Shown here: one piece after another, positions 47,585 through 61,422 of the stretch
How positions within the stretch are numbered: the first letter of the stretch is position 1
Layout: each line of letters begins with the position of its first letter
From: Octopus sinensis
Taxonomy: Eukaryota
Assembly: GCF_006345805.1 (NCBI RefSeq)
Contig: NC_043012.1
Span: 27,404,001 to 27,468,000, forward strand
Direction: 5' to 3'
DNA length: 64,000 nucleotides
Translations under genes and position numbers: made by a program
Notes under the pieces: generated by a model
Told to the model about the DNA's origin: nothing
Database searches by the model: none
The model's input: only the letters and a program-made list of their open reading frames with translations

Positions 47585-50400
47585 CAGTGCCTCTCTTTGG
47601 GAGTGGCACTTCTTCACACATCTCTCCTCATCCATCCGTAGTACATGACCATACCAGCGCAAACGTCTCTCTTGCACGCCACATCCGATGCTTCTTATGT
47701 CCAGCATTTCTCTCAGGGTGCTTACACTCTGTCGTGTGTGCACACTGACGTTACAAATCCAGCGGTTCATGCTGGCGTCATTTCTTTCAAGCCTACACAT
47801 GTTCTCTGCAGTCACAGCCCATGTTTCACTACTGTAAAGCATGGCATTTCGCACACATGCGTCGTACAATCTACCTTTCACTCTGAGCGAGAGACCCTTT
47901 GTCGCCAGTAGGGGTAGGAGCTTTCTAAACTTTGCCCAGGCTATTCGTATTCTAGTGATGACACTCTCTGAGCATCCACCTCCACTACTAACTTGGTCAC
48001 CTAGGTAGCGGAAACTATCAACTACTTCTAGTTTCTCCCCCTGGAGTGTGATGGAATCTGTTTTCTGAGTATCAATGGTGTCTATTGCCACTGTGCATCT
48101 GCAGCACACGAAAGCTATCTTATCAGTTAATTTTCCTTTGATGTTGCTGCACCTCTTATGTATCCATAGCTTACACTGGGAGTTTCTATCTACACCTTTC
48201 CTACAGATTGAGCAGGGCCACCTACCTGAGGGTGTGTGTGATGAGTTCACGTTCCTAGTTACTATAACTTTGGTCTTTGCTACATTTACTCTAAGGCCTT
48301 TTGATTCTAAACCTAGCTTCCACACCCGAAATTTCTTTTCTAGTTCCAGTAGTGATTCTGCTATGAGGGCCAGGTCATCAGCATGGAAGAGCTCCCAGGG
48401 GCAACCCGTCTTGAATTCCTCTGTTATTGCCTGGAGGACTATGATGAATAAAAGGGGACTGAGGGCTGAGCCTTGGTGGACCCCTACTTCTAACTGGAAT
48501 TCTTCACTATACTTGTTGCCAATCCTAACCTTACTAACAGCCTCTCTGTATAAGGCCTGTACAGCCCTTATTAACCATTCGTCAATCTCCAGTTTCCGAA
48601 TCGCCCACCGGATAAGGGATCGGGGGACCCTGTAAAAGGCTTTCTCCAAGTCCACAAAAGCTAAGTAGAAGGGGTTTATCTTTAGCTGCAGTTGTCGAAC
48701 CATGAATATGACATCAGTGGTGCTTCTACCCAGAACAAAACCAAACTGCATCTCATCGAAGCAGACTCTCTCCCTAATGAGATGGGTTATATCCCTCTCT
48801 GTGACCTTCATCACATACAGCAGTTTGATAACCCTGTAGTTATTTCTATCAAGAGCATCACCTTTACCCTCGTAGCAATTGACTATGGTGCTGCTTCGCC
48901 AGTCATTGGGTAAGATTCCATTATGAACTACCTGGTCCCTCTACTGGGTCAACATTTGGCAGGCTCTCCTCCTCCCATTCATTCTCCACATTCAGCAGTC
49001 TTTCATAATGGCTTCTCCAAGCCTGTTTCTTTTCAGAAACATTAAAAGCAAGTGCACCATCATCCATGCGGACGCATTTCTCTCCTGTAACATCACTATT
49101 TTCTCTCACACACTGTCTAGCAATCTGAAATACCTCAGTTCTTTGGTCCTCACGTTGCTGGACATTAGCAAACTTCTTTTCCGCTTCACCCTTGGCTATG
49201 TATACCTGCCGCCCAGCCTCCCTTTTGGCTACCTGGTACAGTTCCCTGCTTCCCCCATCCCTCCAGGCTTTCCAAGCCTGTTTCTTTGCTCTAATGGCTT
49301 TGTCTACTGTACTATTCCACCACCACGTAACTCTAGGTCTGGAAGGTACTTTGCATCATCCGCAGACTTCGCCTGTGGCACTCAGTAAGCTGTCCTGTAG
49401 GAATATCCAGCTACCTTCTATGTTCGAGGTCTATAGCTCTTCCTCCCTCTCATCAAATTTCTTGATGAGGATGTCCCTAAATCTCTGACCATGTGAAGGG
49501 TTCTTTAGCTTCCAAATCCTTCTTTTCTGGATTGGTTTGCTTCTTAGTATCCCTCTGGCCTCGAACCTAAAGTCACTAATGACTAGCCTATGGTGGGGAT
49601 TACATTCTTCACCCGGCAGGGTCCTTGTATTTAAGAGCAACCCTGCGTCTTGCTGTCTGGTGAGGATGAAATCAATCTGGCTAGCAGAGTCCCCTGATTG
49701 ATAGGTTATAAGGTGGCTGTCTGGCTTCCTGAAGTTAGTGTTGCAGATTAAAAGGTTACATGCATCACAGAATTCCAGTAGCCTAGTTCCCTCATCGTTT
49801 CGGGTGCCAATACCATGGCCACCATGTACCCCAGTGAAGATACCTGATTCCCGCCCAACATGTCCATTAAAGTCTCCAGCCACAAAGACGAGGTCATTGC
49901 CACTCGTCTATGAGGTAGCCTGTAGAAGGCTATCATAAAAGTGGTCCTTCTGATCATTTGGTAGCCCTGCATGTGGGGCGTAGGCGGAGATAATTGTAGC
50001 TGTGCTGTTCTGTAGGACTAGCCTGAGCTTAAGCACTCTATCGCATACCCTGACAACCTCTATAACCTTATCCACCCATTTCTCTGCAAGGAGTATGCCA
50101 ACACCCCCTATACCATCCATGTTACCTTGCCAGAAGACTTTATACCTATGGGCCTTGCCTGCGAGGACCCTAGCTGAAGTACCGCTCCATCTTACCTCTT
50201 GTATGCAGTATACATCAACCCGTCTCCTTTCAAGCATCTCTACAATCTCACTAGACCTACTTTCAGTGTGCCAACATTGACAGTGCCAACTCTGAAAACT
50301 GGGAAGGTAATGTGGGGTGAGGTTTGGGGAGGAAGGATGTTACCCAGCGCCTGAAAGGAAGAGGGTTGTTGTGGTGTTCGTTTTTTAGGTATGCTTCATC
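47585..50400 (-). mobile_element. Second, more decayed RTE copy (APE plus RT), 3' end missing
   Basis: ORFs 49908, 49431, 48921 and 47582 parallel the copy at 32559. The active-site region reads FHADD. Confidence 0.92.
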
Positions 50401-50483
50401 TGATCTCTCTTCTGACCTGGACAACATTCAAGCATGTTAAGATTGCTGCCCTTACTGGAGGTAGGAGCCTGTATTAGCAGCGT

Positions 50484-50535
<52 letters not shown>

Positions 50536-50619
50536 CATTTATATATATATACATATGCATTTATATATACACACATATATATACATATACATTTTATATA
50601 CACACACACATAGGTTGTG

Positions 50620-52320
50620 AAAGGTTGAATTGTAGTGAGAAAGACAGGAAAAGAGTGTGGAAAGAGCATATGGAGGGAATTATGAATGAAGGGAATGAAA
50701 GGGATCAGAGAGTTGAAGCTGCTATGGTGAAGGGGCCAGTGGAGAGGGTAAGTTGGGAAGAAGTCATGGAGGCAATGAAGGAAATGAAAACAGGAAAGGC
50801 AGGTGGTCCATTGGAAGTAAGTGTGGAAATGGTAACTGCAAGTAGAGAGACAGGGATTGCTGTGCTGCCAGGGTGTGCTGGATGGAAGAGCAATGCCAGA
50901 TGATTTGGTACTAAGTATGGTGGTACCGAACTTCAAGAGAAAAGGGGGATGCAATGAGTTGTGGGGCGTATAGGGGAGTGAAGTTATTGGAGCATGCAAT
51001 GAAGATTGTGGAAAGGATGTTGGAGAGGAGAATTTGGAAAACGGTAGATGTGAACGAGATACAATTTGGCCTTAAGCTAGGAAAGGAGATAATAGGTGCA
51101 GTGTTCATTGTAAGGAGATTGCAAGAGGAATACTGAGATAAGGAGAAGGAGTTGTATGTGTGTTTCACTGATCTGGAAAAGGCATTTGACAGGGTTCCAA
51201 GGAAGGTAATTGAGTGGGTATTGAGGAAGAGAGGTGACTACATGTAATAGTAAGAGCAGTGACGAGTTTGTACGAAGGGGTAAAGAGTAGTGAGAATTGG
51301 ATCAGAGCTGTCAGAGGAGTTAGCGATGAAAGTTGGTGTGCATCAGGGATCTGTGTTGTCACCATTGTTATTTGCAATAGTGGTTGATATGGTAATGGAG
51401 AGTGCAAGAGAGGGATTGCTAATGGAGACACTGTAAGCAGCTGACCTTGTTCTGATGAGTGAGAGGATGGAGGGATTGAGGGAGAAGTTTTGGAAATGGA
51501 AGGAGGCATTTGAAAGCAAGGGTTTGAAGATAAACCTTGAGAAGACAAAGGTAATAGTGAGTGGGGTGGAAGGAGAAGTGTTAGTGAGTAAGGCAGATCC
51601 GTGTGGTGTGTGTGGGAGGAGGGTAAAGGCAAATGCAGTGTTGTGTATGAAATGTGGGAAACGGATTCATGGTAGATGTACAAAAATTAAGATGACCCCA
51701 ATACTGGCAAGAGATTTTATTTGTGGAAGATGTGAGAAAGGAGCTAGAGGGCTGGCGGAACCAGTGGAAATGCTAAGTGATGAAGTGGAAATGGTGAGAG
51801 GGTTTTGTTATTTGGGAGATAGGTTAGATGTAAGTGGTGGATGTGAAACAGCTCTGACAGCAAGAGCAAGACTTGGCTGGGTGAAGTTCAGGGAATGTGG
51901 AGCGTTATTTATATAGGAACAGGTTCTCCTTGAAGATGAAAAGGAGGGTTTATCGGAGTTGCATGAGATCTGCAATGATGTATGGGAGTGAGACATGGTG
52001 TCTGAAGGAAACCAGAAATCAAAATTTTGAGAAGGACCAAGAGAGCAATGTGTGGTGTGAAACTATTGGATAAAAGGAAGGTTGAGGACTTGATGGGGAT
52101 GCTGGGATTGGAGGAATTGGTGGAACAGCTAGCAAGGGTGAATGGAGTGTGGTGGTATGGGCATGTGTTGAGGATCATGTTCTGAGGAGAGTGCTTGAGT
52201 TTAAAGTGAATGAACCACAAGAGAGGTCAACAAAAGAAACCGTGGAGAGGACAGGTGGAGGAGGAAATTGGGAAGGTTGGCTTGAGGGAGGATGCCTAAA
52301 ACTGAGCAAGATGGCAAAAT
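50620..52320 (+). mobile_element. Decayed RTE of another subfamily (RT with PHD-like insert)
   Basis: Contains YRGVKLLEHAMKIVERMLE, GVHQGSVLSPLLF remnants and CGVCGRRVKANAVLCMKCGKRIHGRC...FICGRC. Confidence 0.85.
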
Positions 52321-53155
52321 AATGTGAGAGCAGTTTCTTCAATTTCTGCAATTTCAACCAATCAATGATGTCTATTGAGGTGAAAACATTCTGTGCCATA
52401 TGAATATGTCCCTCATTTAAGAAACAGATTGGGTTTATTTACATTTCTGAAGAAAAAAGATACCCTTCCCCCCCACCACTAACTCTAACACTAAAACAGA
52501 TTGAAATGCAAAAGATCGATACTAGGGTCATAATTATGGGTGACAATTTCATATGATACTGCTAGAAAAAACTGCCGTTCAAACCAAAAAGATCCGTAGG
52601 AACTGAGCCAAATCAAACTAGAACCTGGTGCAGCTTTCTGGTCAAACTGTCCAACCCATGCCAGTATGGAAGATGGATGATGATGATGATAATGATGTTC
52701 TCTCTCTTTCTATACTTGCCTCCAGTGCCAAAAATCTGTCATCAAATAAGTTACAGCCAAAACATGTTTAGCATCGAAACACCTGTGCTAAATGGCTGGT
52801 GCCCAAATAGTTGCCCTCAGTAAGCCCATTCTAAGTTTCTTACAGTTTAGAATTATTAAATACATCAGTAACGAAAATGAAGATACTGCTTGAATATAAT
52901 TCAATCACATAATTACACTTAAGTCAAAGAAAATATAGATAGAATATATATATATATATAACTTTAGGTAAATATATTCAATAAGAATATTATATACTGA
53001 ATTTATATTGAGTGCTCCACTGTATAAAAATATTAATACTATTAAAGTATTTATATATTTAATATGAGCGATATATAGATATATTTTTTAATAATATATT
53101 ATTATTATTAATATAAGAAAATTAATTTCCTTATATTAATAATAATATATTATTA

Positions 53156-53187
<32 letters not shown>

Positions 53188-53256
53188 CATTTTTTTTTAT
53201 GTAGACAAAAAGGTTAAACAAAAACGAATGAATAAAATAAATGAATAAAGATTTAC

Positions 53257-53350
53257 AGGTAATGATGATATGTTGTTTCCTTCAACATTAAACTCATCCA
53301 TATTTACACAATTTTCCAGGGATTTTGGGACCTTGGTTAAACTATTATAT
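53257..53350 (-). CDS. SHOC2: SHOC2/Sur-8 (leucine-rich repeat scaffold) internal coding exon, 94 bp
   Basis: The minus strand reads ctttttatatttcAG|A TAT AAT AGT TTA ACC AAG GTC CCA AAA TCC CTG GAA AAT TGT GTA AAT ATG GAT GAG TTT AAT GTT GAA GGA AAC AAC ATA TCA TCA TTA CCT|GTaaat. This gives (R)[31 protein letters not shown], matching the recalled SHOC2 segment [32 protein letters not shown]. It ends in phase 0, which fits the next exon. It is not in the ORF track. Confidence 0.9.
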
Positions 53351-53417
53351 CTGAAATATAAAAAGTAAAATTAAGAGAGATTATTAAATTTATAATATCA
53401 CTTGTAGTACTGATTAA

Positions 53418-54480
53418 TCTATCTTATCTTATATATAATAAAACAGATGTGTGTGTGTACAGGCCTTTTTCTTGATCCCCCTTAAAATCAATATTTTTCA
53501 TCTGATTTGGTTCATGCTGGGAAAATACATCACTTATGTTCCAGAGATGGTCATAGACTCTTCAAATTTTCCACATAATGAGTAATACCACTCTTAGGGG
53601 GATGAAAACATCTTCTCATAGGTAAATAACAAATACCGATGATTGTTGCTTCAAGGGACATTACTCTTGATGTAGTTCTGCTACTTCATCTTCTACAACA
53701 GTTTTTACAATGCTCATTTACTGGGTCAACCTACAACCCAGTTTTTGGAAAGGCTCCTTAAAATCAGTGATGGAGAAATTACTTTCACCGACAATGGATA
53801 CATTGACACTATCACCATTGGCCACACTGTCTCCAGTCCTGATGACTTGTGTTCTGCTGTTTACTCAAATCTTAGAACAGAATACATAAAACCACATTGG
53901 CTTCACAACAGGGTTATGCTTGCACCTACAAATGCAGCTGTCAACACTCTTAACTACGACTTAGTAAGCTGCCTTCTCAAGAACGTTGCTACAGATTAGT
54001 AGACACTGTTACTAACCTCAATCAGGTTACACACTTTCAACAGAATTTCTCAACTCCCAACATCCTCCAGAACTCCCTCCTCATGAACTTCACTTAAAAG
54101 TCAGTTGCTTTGTCATCCTCCCATACTATGCAATGGAACTTGCCTTGTGGTCAAACAAATGATGGAACACGTCATTGAAGCCCAAATTATCATAGGACAC
54201 AGCAAAAACGATACTGTATTTATTCCAAAAATTCCACTAACCCCAAAAGATAGCCCCTACTCTATGCGGAGACTTCAGTTCCCTCTTAAACTCAGCTTTG
54301 CCATGACAATTGATAAAGCACAAGATCAATCACTGGAAGTTGTCAATTAGACCTTTGGACATTATGCTTTTCACATGGACAGTTCTACATTGGTTGTTCT
54401 AGTCATACAGACAACTTATTCATCTATGCGCCTGAAGGAAAAACCAAAAATGTTGTCTACAAAGCAGCCCTACAGTAGTT
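53418..54480 (+). mobile_element. Internally deleted Helitron (5' end plus helicase C-terminal half)
   Basis: A 5'-like atcttatatataataaaac followed by (TG)n, then LAPTNAAVNTLN, LCNGTCLVVK, FIPKIPLTP and RLQFPLKLSFAMTIDKAQ. The 3' terminus was not confidently located. Confidence 0.8.
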
Positions 54481-55079
54481 ATTCCTCTACTGCAATCTTC
54501 ACATCTACGCCAAACTGTAGCTGTTAGCAATCAGACTTCCTGTAAGCATTCCATTGATATTTTGCTTCATTTCCCCGATTGCTGTTAACAGTACATTACC
54601 TTCAATGACCCTTCTTACTTCATGCACACTGTTCGCTCATAAGCATGCTCTGATATTTATTTTTCTATTTGTGTGTTTGCTATAAATGTTTGCTTTTCTT
54701 TATCATACATGGCTTTCATTGAAAAAAAAAGCTTCAATGCAGTTGTGTCAGGCATTACGAGTAAAATAACTACATGCTACAAAACACTTCAGGTGAGATA
54801 AAGGATCCCTAATGCCTACTGCAATTGTGATCTCATTTTATGGGCTTTCATTTATTACTAACTGCCAAATTTGCGTTCAAAAAACTTTATTCATTACCTA
54901 GGTTGCTTAATACCACATAAACTGCTAACAAAATAATTATACTTTTTATGTTTATCAACTTGAAACGACTTCTAGCTGTGCCCAAGTTCAATTTAACTGT
55001 CCAAAGGAGTGCACCATAATAATAAATTACATTGTAAAAAGGATGGGTGTGCTTGCTATTATTATTATTATTATTATTA

Positions 55080-55310
55080 AGGCAGCAAGCTGGTAGAGTC
55101 ATTAGCATGCTGGGTGAAATGCTCAGCAGTATTTCATCCATCTTTAAGTACTGAGTTCAAATTCTGCTGAGGTCAACTTTACCCTTCATCTTTTCATGGC
55201 CAATAAATTAAGTAACAGTGAAGCACTGGGGATGATGTAATCAACTAGTCCCCACCCCAAAATTTCAGGCCTGGTACCTTTACTAGAAAGGAGTATTATT
55301 ATTATGATTA
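55080..55310 (+). mobile_element. tRNA-headed SINE, full-length and CpG-decayed
   Basis: ggcagcaagctggtagagtcattagca (A-box-like), gagttcaaattc (B-box-like) and an (ATT)n tail. Confidence 0.75.
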
Positions 55311-55839
55311 TTTGAAAACATCTTATATATATATACACACACACATACACTATGTATGATATAATACACACACATATATGTATCAGTTTATAGGAATCCC
55401 ATAAATCATGGTCATTAACTCATTAACAACCAGCTTACAAATGAGTAGAGTAAAACACCCAAAGGAACATTGATAGATCAATAAATTTATTAATCAATGA
55501 GTAAAATTCATTTCATCCATTACAAAATTAGGAATAATTTTGACAAGATAACAAGCACTACACAACACTAATTCTTGTAGCCACATACATTACATAGAGT
55601 ATGTTGTAAATATATATGTACTAAAATAACAAGAATGAACAATCACATTTTAGTGCAACATGTGCTTCAGAAGTAAGGCATCTATCATTTGTATGTAGAT
55701 TACATCGTGAATATAAAGTCACCCTCTTATTGTCAGGTATGTGACTATCAGGTAACAAAACAATTTGTGCTTATATTTGAGCCATAACTTATCTTCTATT
55801 ATACATTAACTTGTAAATACAAGTGCCTGTGCTTCCTCA

Positions 55840-55864
55840 GACATACATATATGTAATCATATCC

Positions 55865-55899
<35 letters not shown>

Positions 55900-56072
55900 C
55901 ATACATATATACATACATATATATATATATATACATATATACATACATATATATATATATACATATATACATACATATATATATATATACATATATACAT
56001 ACATATATATATATATACATATATACATACATATATATATATACATATATACATACATATATATATACATAT

Positions 56073-56137
<65 letters not shown>

Positions 56138-56168
56138 TACATATATATATACATACATATATACATAC

Positions 56169-56215
<47 letters not shown>

Positions 56216-56244
56216 CATACATATATACATACATATATACATAC

Positions 56245-56275
<31 letters not shown>

Positions 56276-56358
56276 CATACATATATACATACATATATAT
56301 ATATACATACATATATATATACATACATATATATATACATACATATATATATACATAC

Positions 56359-56396
<38 letters not shown>

Positions 56397-56432
56397 ATAC
56401 ATATATATAAATATATATACACACACACACAC
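55840..56432. repeat. (TACA/TA)n microsatellite
   Basis: Visible array. Confidence 0.95.
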
Positions 56433-57712
56433 ACAAGATGCAGTGAATAAATTGTCTAAATTACGTAACAACGAAAATAACACTGACATCTCAATTTAAC
56501 AGATATATTTACCAAAATTACATAAAAATATCTTGAAATACTAGAGTAAATTTATTCAATAAAATCACCATTGGCCTCAACCATGGCCTTCAGATAACTT
56601 TGGAATTTCCTGAAACGCTTCTGGATAGTCTCCTGGTTTAGGTTGGTGAATGCTGCCATAAACCTTGCCTTCAATTCATCTTCAGTGTACAAGAAGTTTT
56701 GTTGGATTCTTGTTCAACTGTGCCCTATACATAATAATCAAGGAGGTTGCAGTCTGGGGAGTTAGATGACCAGATGTTAGGGATGATGTGGTCGTCAAAA
56801 CTGTCTGACAGCCATGACTGGCTTCTCCTGCTTGTATGGCATGGTGCAGAGTTCTGTTGCCAGATATAAGGTCGTCCAGTAGCCCTCCTCCCAATCCTTC
56901 TTGACCCAGGGCAGCACTACCTCCTCCAGGCAATTGATATAGGCCATGTGGGAAGATGAATGGAGGCATAACATCACCATCACTAGTGATCACTCTAAAA
57001 ACCATGATGCTGACTGGATTTTTGATTTTTATCATTCTTGGTACATGTTCTGGGAACACAGCAAGCCAACAATTGTTCTGCCTGTTCACCATCTGATCCT
57101 GGCAGAAATTTTTCTCATTTGAGAAAAACCAAAGCATGTTCGGGTGGAGGGGATGCTTGAAATTGTTCAAAAGTTTCATAGCACAGTCTTTCCTCTTGTC
57201 CTTGATGGCTTGGGATAAAAATTGGCCCTTTCTCATCTTGTATGAGGGATACCGAATGTATTCAAACACTACCTGCCTGATGAGTAATTCAGACTCTCCC
57301 ATGACCCTGGCAATAGACCTGATTGACTTGGAGGGATCATTGTCAGTCATGGCCTGGATCTCACCAACAAATTCAGAAGTTCTTTTCTTATCAGAATGAT
57401 CAGAGTGAGTTTTCTGAGCTGCCATACCTTGTAATCACCATCAGACTCATCCAACTCTTTTCGAATCCTCTGCACTGTCCTCAGATTGACACCCAAACAC
57501 TCTGAAATATTCATATTGGAGCTTCCAGCATGAATGCCAAGCAGTACAGCATGCTGTTTCCAAATTCTGGTTGAATGGATTTGCGTCATGGTGCTGTTTT
57601 TGCACAGATGGAACTCAACTGACACTACCATACTGTGTAGTCAACAAAAGCAAAAACAAAAGCACAAAATTAAAAATATAAAATGGTGGCAATTTACCCC
57701 TTGCATCCTCTA
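56433..57712 (-). mobile_element. maT-type (DD37D) Tc1/mariner transposon, decayed
   Basis: WFFSNEKNF, then WQQN(D)SAPCHT followed by 37 residues to the D of SPDCNLLDYY. Degenerate TIRs gatgca..taaattg occur at both ends. Confidence 0.85.
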
Positions 57713-57721
57713 CATGTATAT

Positions 57722-58575
57722 ATCATCATCATTGTTTAACGTCCATTTTCCATGCTGGCATGGGTTGGTAAACAACTGGGGTCTGGTAAACCAGGCTCCA
57801 GTCTGATGTGGCAGTGCTTCTACAGCTGGATGCCCTTCCTAATGCCAACCACTCTGAGAGTGTACTGGGTACTATTTCTGTGCCACCAGCACAGGGGCCA
57901 GTAGAGACTGGCAACGAGCATGATCAGTTGGTGCTTTTTATGTGCCACCGGCATGGGGATCACAACTACAATTTCCATTTGATTTTGGTTTTGATGTACT
58001 TGACTCAATAGGTCTCCTCAAGCATGGCATGTCGCCCTACGATCCAAGGTACTTTTGAGTAAGCTGGTTATGCCACATTAGTGTGGGTTACAGCTGTGAA
58101 CTCACTTTATTTGCCGGGTCTTCTCAGTCACAGCATATTTCCAGAGGTTTCAGTCTTTTGTCATTGTCTTTGTGAGGCCCAGTGTTCGAAGGTCATGCTT
58201 CATCACCTCATCCCATGTCTTCCTGGGTCTCCCTCTAACCCAGATTCCTTCCACTGTTTGGGTGTGGCACTTCTTCACACAGATCTCCTCATCCATCCAT
58301 AGTACATGACCATACCAACGCAGATGTCTCTCCTGTATGCCACATCTGATGCTTCTTATGTCCAACATTTTTCTCAGGGTGCACACTGATGTTACACATC
58401 CAGTGGATCATGCTAGCTTCATTTCTTTTGAGCCTACAATGTCTTCAGGAGTCATGGCCCATGTTTCACTGTCATGGCAGTTCGCACACATGTATCATAC
58501 AATCTACCTTTCACTCTGAGTGAGAGGCCCTTTGTCACCAATAGGGGTAGGAGCTTTCTGAACTTTGCCCAAGCT
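57722..58575 (-). mobile_element. Decayed RTE 3' fragment with tail
   Basis: ORF 58150 gives RGRPRKTWDEVMKHD. The tail catcatcattgtttaacgtcc is at 57722. Confidence 0.85.
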
Positions 58576-58665
58576 ATATATATATATATATGATTATAAA
58601 AAATAAATCTAACTGATGTTTGTCAATTGAATCTCTTCTCCATTTTCTTCCTTGCCTTATATATA

Positions 58666-59223
58666 TTGGGTTGTCTGAAAAGTTCATGCCGATTTATAGT
58701 AGCATACCTTTCGACTTATTTTAAAACATGGTTGAGTCCATAAAAAAGGATTTGACTACACCTCCATTTATAGCACAGTTTAAGCTATCTTTTCGTGGAA
58801 GAAGGTTTATGTTCCTATAACCTGTGTTAATTCTGTAACCCTTTAAAATGGAAGATAAGAAAGTTCATTTTCAGCACTTGATGCTTTGGGAACCAGACAA
58901 AAATTGCTGCAGCTTGGCTGGGATGTGTTACCCCACACTCCGTATTCACCAGATATTGCTCCTTCGGATTTCCACTTATTCACGTCTCTGCAGAATAGTC
59001 TTAATGGTAAAAATTTCAATTCCTTGAATGACGTAAAAAGATACCTTGATGAATTCTTTGTCACCTCAATTCTGGGAAGAGGGTATTTTCAAGTTAAAGG
59101 AAAGATGGAGACACATTGTGCAACAAAATGGTTTATATTTGGTTGATTAAAAATGTAATGGCAAGTATTTATTGACTTTTTTCTTTCCTTTAAAAATTGG
59201 CACAAACTTTCTGGACAACCCAA
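58666..59223 (+). mobile_element. Internally deleted (558-bp) copy of the mariner family at 17874
   Basis: It has the same TIRs (ttgggttgtc...gacaacccaa) flanked by TA. The sequence jumps from FQHLML to GTRQKLLQ. Confidence 0.92.
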
Positions 59224-59877
59224 TATATATATAACTAGCCAATATATCAAATTCATTAGTTATGCTATATAAAGTTAGAAAATATGCATTTCAATAAACA
59301 GAGGAAATCGTCACTCTGTGAAGCACTCAAAATGTTAGAAATAGTATGTTCTAGTTGGCAAAAGACTCAACATTCACAATACAGAAAATGCCTACATCAC
59401 ATAATTACTTCGTGCATTTTTCATTCTCTTATTTGATCATTTTTTAATCTTATTTCATTTTTTTACTATTATTTATCATCATAACGCACGTGTGTATTTG
59501 AATATAACTGTATGTGTATGGGTATGTGCACGTGTGTGTGTGTGTGCATGCGTGTGTGGATTTGTATACGTGTACATGCATGGTTGCATATATATGTACA
59601 TCTATTTGACGTATGTGTGGGTGTTTCATGCAAGTCTGAGTAAACATATGCATATAGGCACATGTATGTGGGTGTGCATGTGCGCATGTGTAAGTACATG
59701 CGCGGACACGCAATTGCTATGAGTTTTCTTACTCCTTTATCTTTTACTTCCTCCCCTTTAGTTTTTTCCCCTTTTTTAACGGTCATTCTAATAGCTCTTT
59801 TGTCTTAATAATGGTTAATTATATAGTAATTTCCCTTTGTTTAATGGTCATTTTCACAGCATATTTTAATTGCCTTG

Positions 59878-59936
59878 ATAGCTGAAGAGATGCCGGTGCA
59901 GATTTCTACCCCAACATCTGAAACTCAGAGTTTTAT
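59878..59936 (+). ncRNA. Hammerhead-like motif with canonical core CUGAAGA in a pLTR-type repeat (about 59400-60045)
   Basis: ATAG CTGAAGA GATG-(22 nt)-CATC t GAA ACTC a GAGT T TTAT. Stem I has 4 bp including one G-U, stem II has 4 bp, and stem III is near-palindromic. Confidence 0.45.
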
Positions 59937-60068
59937 AATGGCAACTGAATAATTGTCACATATATTACAAATGAATTCCTCTATTTGCATAATATTGAGG
60001 TCTCTTTCATTCCTTTGTTGTCTTACCATTACTATTACTATTAATATATATATATATATATATATATA

Positions 60069-60208
60069 TCATCATCATCATCATCATTTAACGTCCGCTT
60101 TCCATGCTAGCATGGGTTGGACGGTTCAACTGGGGTCTGGGGAGCCCGAAAGCTGCACCAGTCCAGTCAGATCTGGCAGTGTTTCTACAGCTGGATGCCC
60201 TTCCTAAC
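60069..60208 (-). mobile_element. Short RTE 3' tail between (TA)n arrays
   Basis: catcatcatttaacgtccgctttccatgctagcatggg. Confidence 0.85.
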
Positions 60209-60244
60209 GTATATATATATAACGTGTATATATATATACATGTG

Positions 60245-60324
<80 letters not shown>

Positions 60325-61175
60325 TATACACATACAGAAATGATCACAGACACACAAGTATATACGTATACTTTTGTATACACACACACTAAAATATTCA
60401 CAAAGACAAAAGTGCAGTTTCTAAGGGAACATATCACCTGGCATTGCCCCGAAATTAAATTGTTTCTTATATATTAGAAGAAAAAAGTAAAATATGTTGT
60501 ATAGAAATTTGTTATTCTAAATTCAATTTATTCTTCAAAAGGAATGCATGATGAAATCAATTTGCAGTCATTGTGCAGGGGTCTCTCGTGACCTTGCTCT
60601 GGCTACCTGTACTCATCTTTGTTTCACTGTAGAATACTGATCATCTACATCTACCCTGTCTCCTCTTATAGGGAGGAAAATCATTTTTCTCAAAACTGTG
60701 TTTGAAAATTAAAATGGGGATTAAATGAAAAAATCAGTGTAAGTTATGAGAATATCTTCACAAGAGTGATTGAAATAAATGGCAATTGTGGAATTCCACA
60801 CACACACACAGACACGTATACATACAGTATCAAACATCAGCGTTTTTTTTCTCTCCCGCTCTCCCCCTCTCTTTGTGCCAGTTTTCTTTCACCTTCACCT
60901 GTAGAACATACATACAGTATCAAACATCAGCATCTCTCTCTCTTTCAACTGCTCCTTTAGAAACTTGTTTTCTCTGTTTCTTTTTCTCATTCTGTGTTTC
61001 TCTCATTCACACATATTCTCTTTCACCCTCTATCAAAAAACATTGACAAATGAGGAGAAGAGGGAGGAGAAGTAAACAGCCACTTCCTCACTTTGCTTCT
61101 GTTTCTTTTTTTTTTCTCTCCCCTCTCACTCCCTCATTGGCATTATGTATAGACATACAAATACACAGGCATCTG

Positions 61176-61213
<38 letters not shown>

Positions 61214-61230
61214 CACACACATACATACAT

Positions 61231-61275
<45 letters not shown>

Positions 61276-61422
61276 TTGAGATTATAAGAGATAATGGTGT
61301 CATTGACACCCCAAGGTGTCAGGTAATGCTGAATAAGTGCTATAGACAGACGATAGTTAAGTTCCAGACTAGATAATATTGCGAATAAAGGGTTCAACGT
61401 TGGTTCTATGTCAGCGTGTGTG

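Noticed and set aside
52470-52495. ccactaactctaacactaa as an interstitial telomeric (TTAGGG)n relic
   Set aside because: It has fewer than three imperfect units and lies inside an unclassified interspersed repeat.
54730-54775. aatgc...gcatt hairpin followed by acgagt as the 3' end of the second Helitron
   Set aside because: The stem is only 5 bp, the spacing is wrong and there is no CTRR terminus, so the end was left unassigned.
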